From the NCBI GenBank assembly GCA_041741755.1, contig JBGSJR010000007.1:89954-113953 (forward strand): a stretch of 24,000 nucleotides of DNA, written 5' to 3'. The translations under genes were made by a program, and so were the position numbers. Below are positions 16,329 through 23,202 of this stretch, in pieces; the stretch's first letter is position 1, and every line of letters starts with the position of its first letter. The notes under the pieces are model-generated. The model made no database searches and was not told the DNA's origin. It worked only from the letters and a program-made list of their open reading frames with translations. Origin of the DNA: Acidaminobacteraceae bacterium (lineage in GTDB: Bacteria > Bacillota > Clostridia > Peptostreptococcales > Acidaminobacteraceae).

Positions 16329-16835
16329 TTATTTATTCAAATGCATCTTTTCTATAGCCTCAAGCATGGTTTTTGTTAAAGGTTTAAACAAGACGAGGAC
16401 TATGATGAAGTTCGAAACACCGTGTATGATATCAAATGGAATCCCACTAATCCAGTAAGGGATTGCATAGCTCAATCCATAAAATATCGATTCAAACAAT
16501 GCAAAAAACAGGCCAAAAGAGAAGCCATAAATTGCAGCCAACACAGCATAACTATACTCTGATTTAACTGTTTTACTCAAAATAGCTGTCAACAAAACTA
16601 ACATAGGCCAAATAATATAATAACCCAAAATCCATGTTCCAAAGCCATAAATGAGAATTTCAGTCGTCACAAAGACAATTGAAGTCATTATGGCACGTTT
16701 GAACCCAAACAGCACCGTATAGGTAATCAGTAAAAATGTCACGACCTCAATATTGGGGACGACGCTTAGGACGAGCTTGCCCGCAGTGAGCGATGCTGAA
16801 AGTATGGCAATTAGGGTGATATCACTTGCACGCAT
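16329..16835 (-). CDS. Small 6-TM membrane protein, ECF-transporter S-component-like (candidate corrinoid-specific)
   Basis: 168 aa and almost entirely hydrophobic helices. Its start overlaps the DUF4430 stop by 1 nt (TAATG). It is under a cobalamin riboswitch. Family assignment rests on size, topology and context only. Confidence 0.55.
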   Translation of the reverse strand: MRASDITLIAILSASLTAGKLVLSVVPNIEVVTFLLITYTVLFGFKRAIMTSIVFVTTEILIYGFGTWILGYYIIWPMLVLLTAILSKTVKSEYSYAVLAAIYGFSFGLFFALFESIFYGLSYAIPYWISGIPFDIIHGVSNFIIVLVLFKPLTKTMLEAIEKMHLNK

Positions 16836-17230
16836 TAGAAGCTTCTTACTTCAAAACGGTATACGTCGCCATCTACAACTGGTATGTCCTTAATGCCAAC
16901 CATAGCGTCAGCGCCATTGATTATGATGTGATAATACTCGCTTGCAGCATCCGCAGTGTAACCTTCAAGTCCTACCACCATTGGTCCATAAGATGAATCT
17001 AGGGATTCGAACTTGATTTTATCTTTAACTTCATTAAGTAAATCAAATAACAATTCCGTATCTGTATTTAGTGTATATGACTTGTCAATGCTTTGTCCTT
17101 CAATAACAATCTCTACAGTAACTTCTTTTGCGCCCTCTTGCGTCTCTGGACCAAAGAATTTGTTATAACCAAATAATGCTGCGACTGCCAATAGTACAAC
17201 TAACCCGATAACGATCATTTTCTTGTTCAT
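16835..17230 (-). CDS. DUF4430 (transcobalamin-like C-terminal domain) protein with N-terminal membrane anchor
   Basis: 131 aa. It has an N-terminal TM helix (MIVIGLVVLLAVAALFGY) and then a small beta-rich domain ending in GDVYRFEV, as in DUF4430. The RBS is AAAGGAGAA. It is the first gene after the B12 riboswitch. Confidence 0.7.
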   Translation of the reverse strand: MNKKMIVIGLVVLLAVAALFGYNKFFGPETQEGAKEVTVEIVIEGQSIDKSYTLNTDTELLFDLLNEVKDKIKFESLDSSYGPMVVGLEGYTADAASEYYHIIINGADAMVGIKDIPVVDGDVYRFEVRSF

Positions 17231-17267
17231 TTTTTTCTCCTTTTAATCATTAATCATGCAATTTTAC

Positions 17268-17495
17268 AATAAAAAACTCATTTTCCTGTCGATGGAAAAT
17301 GAGTCGATTAACGATTATTTTCCATCCCATCCCCAGGAGACGATCATGCAATTATGGGCAGGTCTACCGGCTTAGCTTCATCCTCCACTCACCCTTCCCG
17401 CTTTCGCAGTGGTATGTGAGTTTCGTCGGCTTTACGGTTGCTGGGACAGCTCGAGCATTAACTCGATTCCCTTTTAAGTCAAAAGACACCTCATA
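17268..17495 (-). promoter_or_regulatory. Cobalamin (B12) riboswitch with terminator/antiterminator expression platform
   Basis: The minus-strand RNA carries the conserved core: AAAAGGGAAUCGAG, GCUGUCCCAGCAACCGUAAAGCC, ACCACUGCGAAAGCGGGAAGGGUGAG, and the B12 box AAGCCGGUAGACCUGCCC. The terminator is ACUCAUUUUCC (17305-17295) paired with GGAAAAUGAGU (17287-17277), followed by U6. An alternative pairing joins GAUGGAAAAU (17326-17317) to AUUUUCCAUC (17300-17291), which overlaps the terminator 5' arm. Confidence 0.92.
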
Positions 17496-17522
17496 AAAAA
17501 TATTAAGTTATGTTTCATACCC

Positions 17523-17551
17523 ATTATAAGAAAATATCAGCGCAATTGCAA
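17523..17551 (-). promoter_or_regulatory. Candidate sigma-A promoter for the riboswitch operon, embedded in the 3' end of the B3/4 gene
   Basis: On the minus strand: TTGCAA (17551-17546), 17-nt spacer, consensus TATAAT (17528-17523). The B3/4 gene stop codon (17537-17539) lies inside the spacer. Confidence 0.6.
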
Positions 17552-18238
17552 CTTGTTTTTAGGCATCAGCATCTCACTGATCAGTATCTCCCCGTCAGCG
17601 TAATCGATAATCAACTGATTGGCAAGTTCCATTGCACCCGTAAAATCAAAGCTGTCTTCAAAACCAAAGACAGTAAGCAGTATGGTTTTGGTGTTTGAAT
17701 CCACCGAAGTTCTTGCAGAGTCAGATGTCGTAGAACCAAATGGACCTTCTTCATCTGCAAAGATTGGTAAGCCCTCGATATTGAGTTCTTGATTGCCTAG
17801 ACTTAAATAGCTCTCACTATTTTGACCTGCTCTCAAGATGACGTCACCATTAATCTTTGTATAATCAAACGTACCCACGGGGCATTTGAAAGAAAGCGAT
17901 AAAATATTCGATAGATCCACGATGTTGTTAATCGTATCGAGCCCCTCTCCTTTGATAATTCTACGGAGTAGTTTTTCTGCTGATAGTCTGTACTTCGTTG
18001 GATCTTTACCAAACGCTCTGTATGCCGCTCTACCAGCGACGATCTCTGGATATTTGCTGATGTCTTCAACTTTTGACGACTTTGAAACTTTATCAAATAA
18101 CTGATTCATATGATTGATCAAGTTTTCTGATGAAGGCATGCACGTTACATTGGCTTTGATAATGCCTAGCTTGAATGCTGGTAATTTTTCAGTATACGCT
18201 TCGTCGATTGCAATCACTTGTTCTTTAATATTTTCCAT
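17537..18238 (-). CDS. Stand-alone B3/B4 domain protein (PheT editing-domain homologue, COG3382-like)
   Basis: 233 aa. The segment GRAAYRAFGKDPTKYRLSAEKLLRRI..G..L..IN.IVDL.N is the conserved B3_4 signature as I recall it. The RBS is AAAGGAG, 5 nt upstream. Confidence 0.75.
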   Translation of the reverse strand: MENIKEQVIAIDEAYTEKLPAFKLGIIKANVTCMPSSENLINHMNQLFDKVSKSSKVEDISKYPEIVAGRAAYRAFGKDPTKYRLSAEKLLRRIIKGEGLDTINNIVDLSNILSLSFKCPVGTFDYTKINGDVILRAGQNSESYLSLGNQELNIEGLPIFADEEGPFGSTTSDSARTSVDSNTKTILLTVFGFEDSFDFTGAMELANQLIIDYADGEILISEMLMPKNKLQLR

Positions 18239-18258
18239 AAACGCTCCTTTATTTCATT

Positions 18259-18275
18259 TTTCAAACTTTTTGAAA
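18259..18275. promoter_or_regulatory. Perfect 7-3-7 palindrome TTTCAAA-CTT-TTTGAAA in the B3/4 gene leader
   Basis: The arms at 18259-18265 and 18269-18275 are exact reverse complements. It lies 21 nt upstream of the B3/4 start codon. Function unknown. Confidence 0.4.
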
Positions 18276-18285
18276 TACAATTAAT

Positions 18286-18314
18286 TTGGAATTATGCAAT
18301 TTCCTAGTTATAAT
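18286..18314 (+). promoter_or_regulatory. Candidate sigma-A promoter of the NhaC-family gene
   Basis: TTGGAA (18286-18291), 17-nt spacer, consensus TATAAT (18309-18314). The spacer and -35 box contain the 15-nt motif copy C. Confidence 0.6.
18290..18304 (+). repeat. Dispersed intergenic 15-nt motif, copy C (AATTATGCAATTTCC)
   Basis: Identical to 6108-6122 and differs at one position from 1273-1287. With the flanking GG it forms the imperfect palindrome GGAATT-ATGCA-ATTTCC. Confidence 0.5.
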
Positions 18315-18357
18315 AAATATAGCACATAAAATCAAATAAATCACCACAGGAGACATC

Positions 18358-19707
18358 ATGACAAAGCAAAATCAAACTTACATAATCATCTTTTTATTGC
18401 TTCTTTCAGTGACTGTCGTCATCTTTATGGATCAACCCCTATTTATCGGCATCGGTGCAACCGGTCTCATCAGTGCTATCCTAACAAAAAATAAGCAAAA
18501 ACTGCCACAGCTTATTGTAATGAACACTATTTCAGTTTCAAAAACGATGCTTCTCATGTTTCTCATCAGCATCACACTACCCGTTCTCATGGCGGCAGGG
18601 ACTCTGCCCACTCTAATCTATCACGTTTCAAATCTCATGGTTGGACATAACCTGTTGCTATCAGCCTTTGTCATATCGACAGTTCTATCTATGGTTCTCG
18701 GATCCGCGATTGGCACATTGACGATCTTATTGCCACTATTTGCTTCTATAGCCTATCAGTCAGGCATCGACTATCCGATCCTCATTGGAGCGCTCATATC
18801 GGGGGTCTATATTGGAGATCGCTGCTCGCCGCTATCTTCTGGTCTTCATCTTTTGTCAGGTATTACTGAGACTGACTTTGTAAGCAATATGCGACTGCTA
18901 TTGATGAGTGCAGCACCACCTTTTCTTCTGTCACTAGGTTTTTTCCACTTTTGGGGTTTCAAATCCTTGATCACAATCGATATGATTTCAAGCAACGCTC
19001 TTTTGCCTATGATATTTGATATAAATTTATGGCGCTTATTGCCACTTGGTTTGATGATCTTGCTTTTGGTTATAAAGCAACCAATCACTCGGGTACTTAC
19101 GATTGTATTCTTAGTTTGTGCAGGCATCGCTCTAATGACAGATCTTTCGCTACCTCAGTTGCCTTCATTGCTCTGGGGGGGATACGCGTCCTCTGTGCCA
19201 GAACTCTCTGCTTACATCAAGACATCCGGTTTTAAGCAGATGATCAACGTCATCCTCGTCATCTTTTTCAGCGGGGTTTTGGGCAGTATTTTAGAAGCAG
19301 ATCATCTGATGGGTGCTATTATCGCACCATTTGTTAAAAAGCTTACTTCCCGTCGAAAATTGCTGTTTAACACCGGTTGTCTTAGTATCCTACTCAGTAT
19401 GGTCACCTGTAGTCAAGCGATGACTGCTATGGTCAGTGGCAAATACATGGCACCCTACTACGATGATTTTAAGCTCAAAAGAGAATTTCTGGTCATGATG
19501 ACTGCAAATACAGGACTCAACATCGTCGCTTTGATACCTTGGAATGTCAACGGTATTATGATCAAGCAATTGACAGGCGTTTCGCCTCTAAATTATTTTA
19601 TCTTTAGCGTTTTTGTTATTATCTTGACACTCTTGACGCTTTTTGTTTATCCTATTTTAATACAAAAGCACTTAGAACATAAACCTATAAAAATGACAAA
19701 GCAATAA
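18358..19707 (+). CDS. NhaC-family (Na+/H+ antiporter-like) membrane transporter
   Basis: 449 aa and polytopic. The segment LPVLMAAGTLPTLIYHVSNL resembles the conserved NhaC N-terminal motif. The RBS is AGGAGA, 4 nt upstream. Substrate cannot be inferred. Confidence 0.7.
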   Translation: MTKQNQTYIIIFLLLLSVTVVIFMDQPLFIGIGATGLISAILTKNKQKLPQLIVMNTISVSKTMLLMFLISITLPVLMAAGTLPTLIYHVSNLMVGHNLLLSAFVISTVLSMVLGSAIGTLTILLPLFASIAYQSGIDYPILIGALISGVYIGDRCSPLSSGLHLLSGITETDFVSNMRLLLMSAAPPFLLSLGFFHFWGFKSLITIDMISSNALLPMIFDINLWRLLPLGLMILLLVIKQPITRVLTIVFLVCAGIALMTDLSLPQLPSLLWGGYASSVPELSAYIKTSGFKQMINVILVIFFSGVLGSILEADHLMGAIIAPFVKKLTSRRKLLFNTGCLSILLSMVTCSQAMTAMVSGKYMAPYYDDFKLKREFLVMMTANTGLNIVALIPWNVNGIMIKQLTGVSPLNYFIFSVFVIILTLLTLFVYPILIQKHLEHKPIKMTKQ

Positions 19708-19725
19708 TTAAGCTTTGATAAAGAT

Positions 19726-19766
19726 AAAAACAGAAGCCCTATACCTACATAGAGCTTCTGTTTTTT
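19726..19766. terminator. Bidirectional rho-independent terminator, overlapping the last codons of the GGDEF gene
   Basis: Stem ACAGAAGC (19730-19737) pairs with GCTTCTGT (19754-19761). It is flanked by an A5 run and a T7 run. The right arm encodes the C-terminal ...NRSSM* of the minus-strand gene. Confidence 0.8.
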
Positions 19767-21304
19767 TGTTTTATACCTTGCATGACGTTTTCAGCTTCAT
19801 TCATCACTTCGAAAATATTAGTGGCTATTTCAAGTTTAGTTGCACTTCCATAGGAGACTGTAAGCGTCTTTTTATCAATTTCAAAACCCACTGACATCGA
19901 TTGGATGCGATTTATAATCAAGTCGCTATCTTGCATGTCCGTCTTCATCAACATAATCGCGAATTCGTCACTGCCTATTCTTGCGATTAAATCATCTGAC
20001 CGACAGCCTGCTTTTATGGCAATCGACACCTTTTGAATCAATAAATCACCGACATTGAAACCATAAGTATCATTAATCTCTCTAAGTCCGTCTATATCGG
20101 CATAGATGATGGTAATTGGCAGATTTCGTTTAACATCCATTCGCTTAAGTTCTTCTTCAAAAAAACGTCTATTATATAAACCAGTTAGCTGATCATGGTA
20201 GCTGAGATACTCAAGCATTCGTTCCATTTCAAGGCGTTCACTGATATCCCTGACCAACATATGCGTCAACCTTTTCCCATTCACCATGATTTGGGTCAAC
20301 TTGATTTCAGATAAAAACGAGCCTCCCTCTTTTGTTTTAAGCCACCACTGAATGATGATATCGTCATTATTTAATATCGTCTCCAACCTTTTTTCAAGTT
20401 CTGAATCGTTCTGGGCAGGTTCCACTACCGAAATCGACCATAAACTTCTGCCTTTCAAATCACTTTTGTGATAAAAGCCCAACAGATTGACCATTGCTTG
20501 GTTTATATTGACGATGTTCCCATCTTCTATCAACATAATAGCGTCAGCAGATTCTTCGAATAATTTTCTAAATGTATACTCGCTAGATCCAAGTTTCTCA
20601 TTGACTTTAACCAATGTCTGGTTCGTAGAATTCAGCAGCAGTGTCCGTTCAACAACTTTATCTTCAAGGCATTCATTTATCTCATTAACTTTATCTCGTT
20701 CAAGCTCCAGCAATTTCACCAGTTCAAATTGTGTGCGCTCAGCATATTCAGAAAAGTAATTGGATAAGCTACCTAAGAATATGATGAAACCAAACAAGAT
20801 AAGTGAATCAAAATGTACCTCTGACGGAATGACAGGGTAAAATAAGTATGCCATAAAATATACGATATATAGCGATATGGAAACCATCACCGCCGTTATA
20901 AATCGCAATTTCGTCAAATTTGTAATGATAATAAGTGCAAACAGAATACCATATTTATAGGAATGAAACCCCTGGCTAGATCCTGCATAAGTCAATAAAA
21001 TCATCCCCAAAGTGCCTATAGTGGAAACAACGCCTACGATGATTTGATTATACTTTGGATAAAACTTTGAATATGTAAAAATTATGGCTATTAGTGCAAT
21101 CGGCGTATAAACACCAACTCGAATCGTCAAAAATAATGGCATCATACCTGGTACCGCGCGTCTGTCAACAAACGTAAAAACAAGATAGAACAGTATACTA
21201 AAGACATAAAGGAACCGATGTTGTCGCATACATTTATGATCTGTCACTTCACGATATGCCATTTCAGTTGACTGGTCTTCAAAATTTAAATTCAATCGAT
21301 TCAT
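19745..21304 (-). CDS. Membrane-bound PAS-GGDEF protein (diguanylate cyclase-like; active-site variant GSDEF, intact RxxD I-site)
   Basis: 519 aa. It has about six N-terminal TM helices, a coiled linker, a PAS domain (FRKLFEESADAIMLIE...) and a GGDEF domain (YHDQLTGLYNRRFF, DIDGLREINDTYGFNVGD, RSDDLIARIGSDEF). The RBS is GGTGA. Confidence 0.85.
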   Translation of the reverse strand: MNRLNLNFEDQSTEMAYREVTDHKCMRQHRFLYVFSILFYLVFTFVDRRAVPGMMPLFLTIRVGVYTPIALIAIIFTYSKFYPKYNQIIVGVVSTIGTLGMILLTYAGSSQGFHSYKYGILFALIIITNLTKLRFITAVMVSISLYIVYFMAYLFYPVIPSEVHFDSLILFGFIIFLGSLSNYFSEYAERTQFELVKLLELERDKVNEINECLEDKVVERTLLLNSTNQTLVKVNEKLGSSEYTFRKLFEESADAIMLIEDGNIVNINQAMVNLLGFYHKSDLKGRSLWSISVVEPAQNDSELEKRLETILNNDDIIIQWWLKTKEGGSFLSEIKLTQIMVNGKRLTHMLVRDISERLEMERMLEYLSYHDQLTGLYNRRFFEEELKRMDVKRNLPITIIYADIDGLREINDTYGFNVGDLLIQKVSIAIKAGCRSDDLIARIGSDEFAIMLMKTDMQDSDLIINRIQSMSVGFEIDKKTLTVSYGSATKLEIATNIFEVMNEAENVMQGIKQKNRSSM

Positions 21305-21319
21305 ACTTAATCACCGCTT

Positions 21320-22270
21320 TCATTGCCACACATAGGCCACGAATAAGCCCAATAGGCTCATACTGGAAAAAACCATAAAATTCTTAACTGATAGTTTGAA
21401 AGTCTCAGATTTTTTGGGGTTCGAAACAAACAATTGTGTTTGTTTATAGAGCATTGGCGATGCAATTAGTGTCAACAAATAACCCATAGGCATAATTTTT
21501 ATAAGTACTGAACAAATCACGATGCCATAAGCAATTATTACATTTGATTGATATAGCTTCAGGCTATTCTTTCTGCCAATGGATATAGGTAAAGTATATC
21601 GCTTGTTGACAATGTCCTCTTCCGCATCACAAATATTGTTGGCCAACATGATGTTAGCGATGAATAAAACCATTGGTAAACTTGCAAACAACAAAGGTGC
21701 AATCTTTATAATATTAAAAGCTATCTCTATCGTCCCCTCAACAACTTCTAGTGTACCAATATAATTCACGGGCAAATGTATATAAAAAGCCAAAAATGGT
21801 ATTAAGGCACCCATGAAAAACCCACTAAACAGCTCACCCAATATCGTTCTAGAAAGGGGCAAAGGCCCTGTTGAATAACCAATGCCTACAGCAAATGCCA
21901 AAGCGCCAAGCATTAGAACTACGAGATCGGTACGATACACAAGAACAAGGCCAGCGATCATACCCACACATGCTAAGAGAATAAGTAAACTCAGCGCTTT
22001 TCCAGGTGAGAACTCACCTGATGAGACTGGATTATGCGCTTCATAATGATACCCAGTTTTTAAATAGGCGCGTTTGTAATCAAAATAGTGATTGAGACCT
22101 GTCGTCGTCAAATCGATACAAAGCAGTGATACAAACATAAGTAAAAAATTGATGACGTCCAATCTTTGAATGGCATGATAAGCCATGAGCGTTCCTAGAA
22201 GTAGCGGAAACATGCTGGCAACTTTTGTACGTATTTCTACTAATTTTAGAAAAGCTTTAATAGTTTGCAT
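21320..22270 (-). CDS. UbiA-superfamily prenyltransferase, MenA-like (1,4-dihydroxy-2-naphthoate polyprenyltransferase family)
   Basis: 316 aa with 8-9 TM helices. The second Asp-rich motif NNICDAEEDIVNKRYTL is MenA-like. The first motif reads NHYFDYKRA, so it is only partly conserved. The gene ends 15 nt upstream of the GGDEF gene. Confidence 0.7.
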   Translation of the reverse strand: MQTIKAFLKLVEIRTKVASMFPLLLGTLMAYHAIQRLDVINFLLMFVSLLCIDLTTTGLNHYFDYKRAYLKTGYHYEAHNPVSSGEFSPGKALSLLILLACVGMIAGLVLVYRTDLVVLMLGALAFAVGIGYSTGPLPLSRTILGELFSGFFMGALIPFLAFYIHLPVNYIGTLEVVEGTIEIAFNIIKIAPLLFASLPMVLFIANIMLANNICDAEEDIVNKRYTLPISIGRKNSLKLYQSNVIIAYGIVICSVLIKIMPMGYLLTLIASPMLYKQTQLFVSNPKKSETFKLSVKNFMVFSSMSLLGLFVAYVWQ

Positions 22271-22287
22271 AGGTCTCCTCTAACTAT

Positions 22288-22316
22288 TTGGGAAAGGTCT
22301 ATAGAGATGATATAAT
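22288..22316 (+). promoter_or_regulatory. Candidate sigma-A promoter of the YitT-family gene
   Basis: TTGGGA (22288-22293), 17-nt spacer, consensus TATAAT (22311-22316), with a TGa extended -10 element. Confidence 0.6.
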
Positions 22317-22354
22317 AATACTTACAAGAAAATTCATTGATACAAGGAGACAAC

Positions 22355-23188
22355 ATGAACAAATTTAAGAATTATTTATTGATAACAATCGGTGCTGTCC
22401 TAGTTGCTATTGGCATCTGCTTTTTTCTCATTCCTGCAAACTTGGCAACAGGCGGCATAACGGGTTTAGCTATGGTCATACATTCACTGTTTCCGGTTTT
22501 GAGCATTGGTGAAATTTTACTCGTCCTAAATATTATACTCTTTGTAGTCGGTTTTATCACTATCGGAAAAGACTTCGGCGCAAAAACCATCTATGCCAGC
22601 TTTTTATTAACTGGTATCATTTATTTGTTTGACACGTTCATCGTCATCAAACAACCCCTAGTAGATGACCTCTTCGTCAATCTGATCGTAGGTATCTTAA
22701 TACAAGGAATTGGACTTGGCATTGTGTTCAATCAAGATGCCTCAACAGGTGGAACGGATATTATCGCCAAGATACTGAATAAGTATTTCCACTTTGAAAT
22801 TGGAAAAGGCCTTCTTCTAGCTGACTTTATCGTCGTGTCACTCGCCGCTTATAGCTTCGGTATTGAACTCGCAATTTATGCATTTCTTGGTATCATCATG
22901 AACGGACTAATTATCGATACAGCTATAGAAGGTTTCAACTTGAAAGTCAATGTCTCCATAATCTCAAGAGAATCGGATACCATTCAAAGGTTTATCGTAG
23001 AAAAGCTTGAGCGTGGTGCGACAATCTATTCCGCCAAGGGTGCCTATACGATGCGCGATAAAGAGATTGTCACCTCTGTTATGGACAAAAAAGAATTCAT
23101 CCGTCTAAAAGTCTTTATCAAAACCATTGATTCAGAGGCTTTTGTCATGATTTCAAATGTTAGAGAAGTCCTCGGTGAAGGTTTTTAA
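22355..23188 (+). CDS. YitT-family membrane protein (YitT membrane domain + C-terminal DUF2179)
   Basis: The N-terminal IGAVLVAIGICFFLIPANLATGGITGLAMV signature is present. The C-terminal soluble domain has ATIYSAKGAYT...EAFVMISNVREVLGEGF. I moved the start to the ATG at 22355, which has AAGGAGA 5 nt upstream. Confidence 0.85.
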   Translation: MNKFKNYLLITIGAVLVAIGICFFLIPANLATGGITGLAMVIHSLFPVLSIGEILLVLNIILFVVGFITIGKDFGAKTIYASFLLTGIIYLFDTFIVIKQPLVDDLFVNLIVGILIQGIGLGIVFNQDASTGGTDIIAKILNKYFHFEIGKGLLLADFIVVSLAAYSFGIELAIYAFLGIIMNGLIIDTAIEGFNLKVNVSIISRESDTIQRFIVEKLERGATIYSAKGAYTMRDKEIVTSVMDKKEFIRLKVFIKTIDSEAFVMISNVREVLGEGF

Positions 23189-23202
23189 CCTCTACAGTTT
23201 GA

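Noticed and set aside
17253-17353. 11-mer ATCATGCAATT occurring twice, 90 bp apart (17253-17263 and 17343-17353)
   Set aside because: The sequence is short and AT-rich. One copy lies in the riboswitch just downstream of the B12 box and the other in the leader after the terminator. I could not find a pairing or protein-site rationale, so I note it only as a weak relative of the 15-nt motif.
17299-17496. 65-aa + strand ORF
   Set aside because: It lies exactly opposite the cobalamin riboswitch. The conserved RNA core and terminator explain the sequence, and there is no RBS.
17510-18104. ORFs 17510..17698 (+), 17833..18096 (-) and 17886..18104 (+)
   Set aside because: They are embedded in, or out of frame with, the B3/4-domain gene, which has family motifs and a proper RBS. 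They have neither.
18287-18300. Possible sigma-54 (-24 GG / -12 GC) reading of TGGAATTATGCA within the 15-nt motif
   Set aside because: GG and GC are only 8 nt apart where the sigma-54 spacing is about 12 nt. No enhancer-binding protein gene is nearby.
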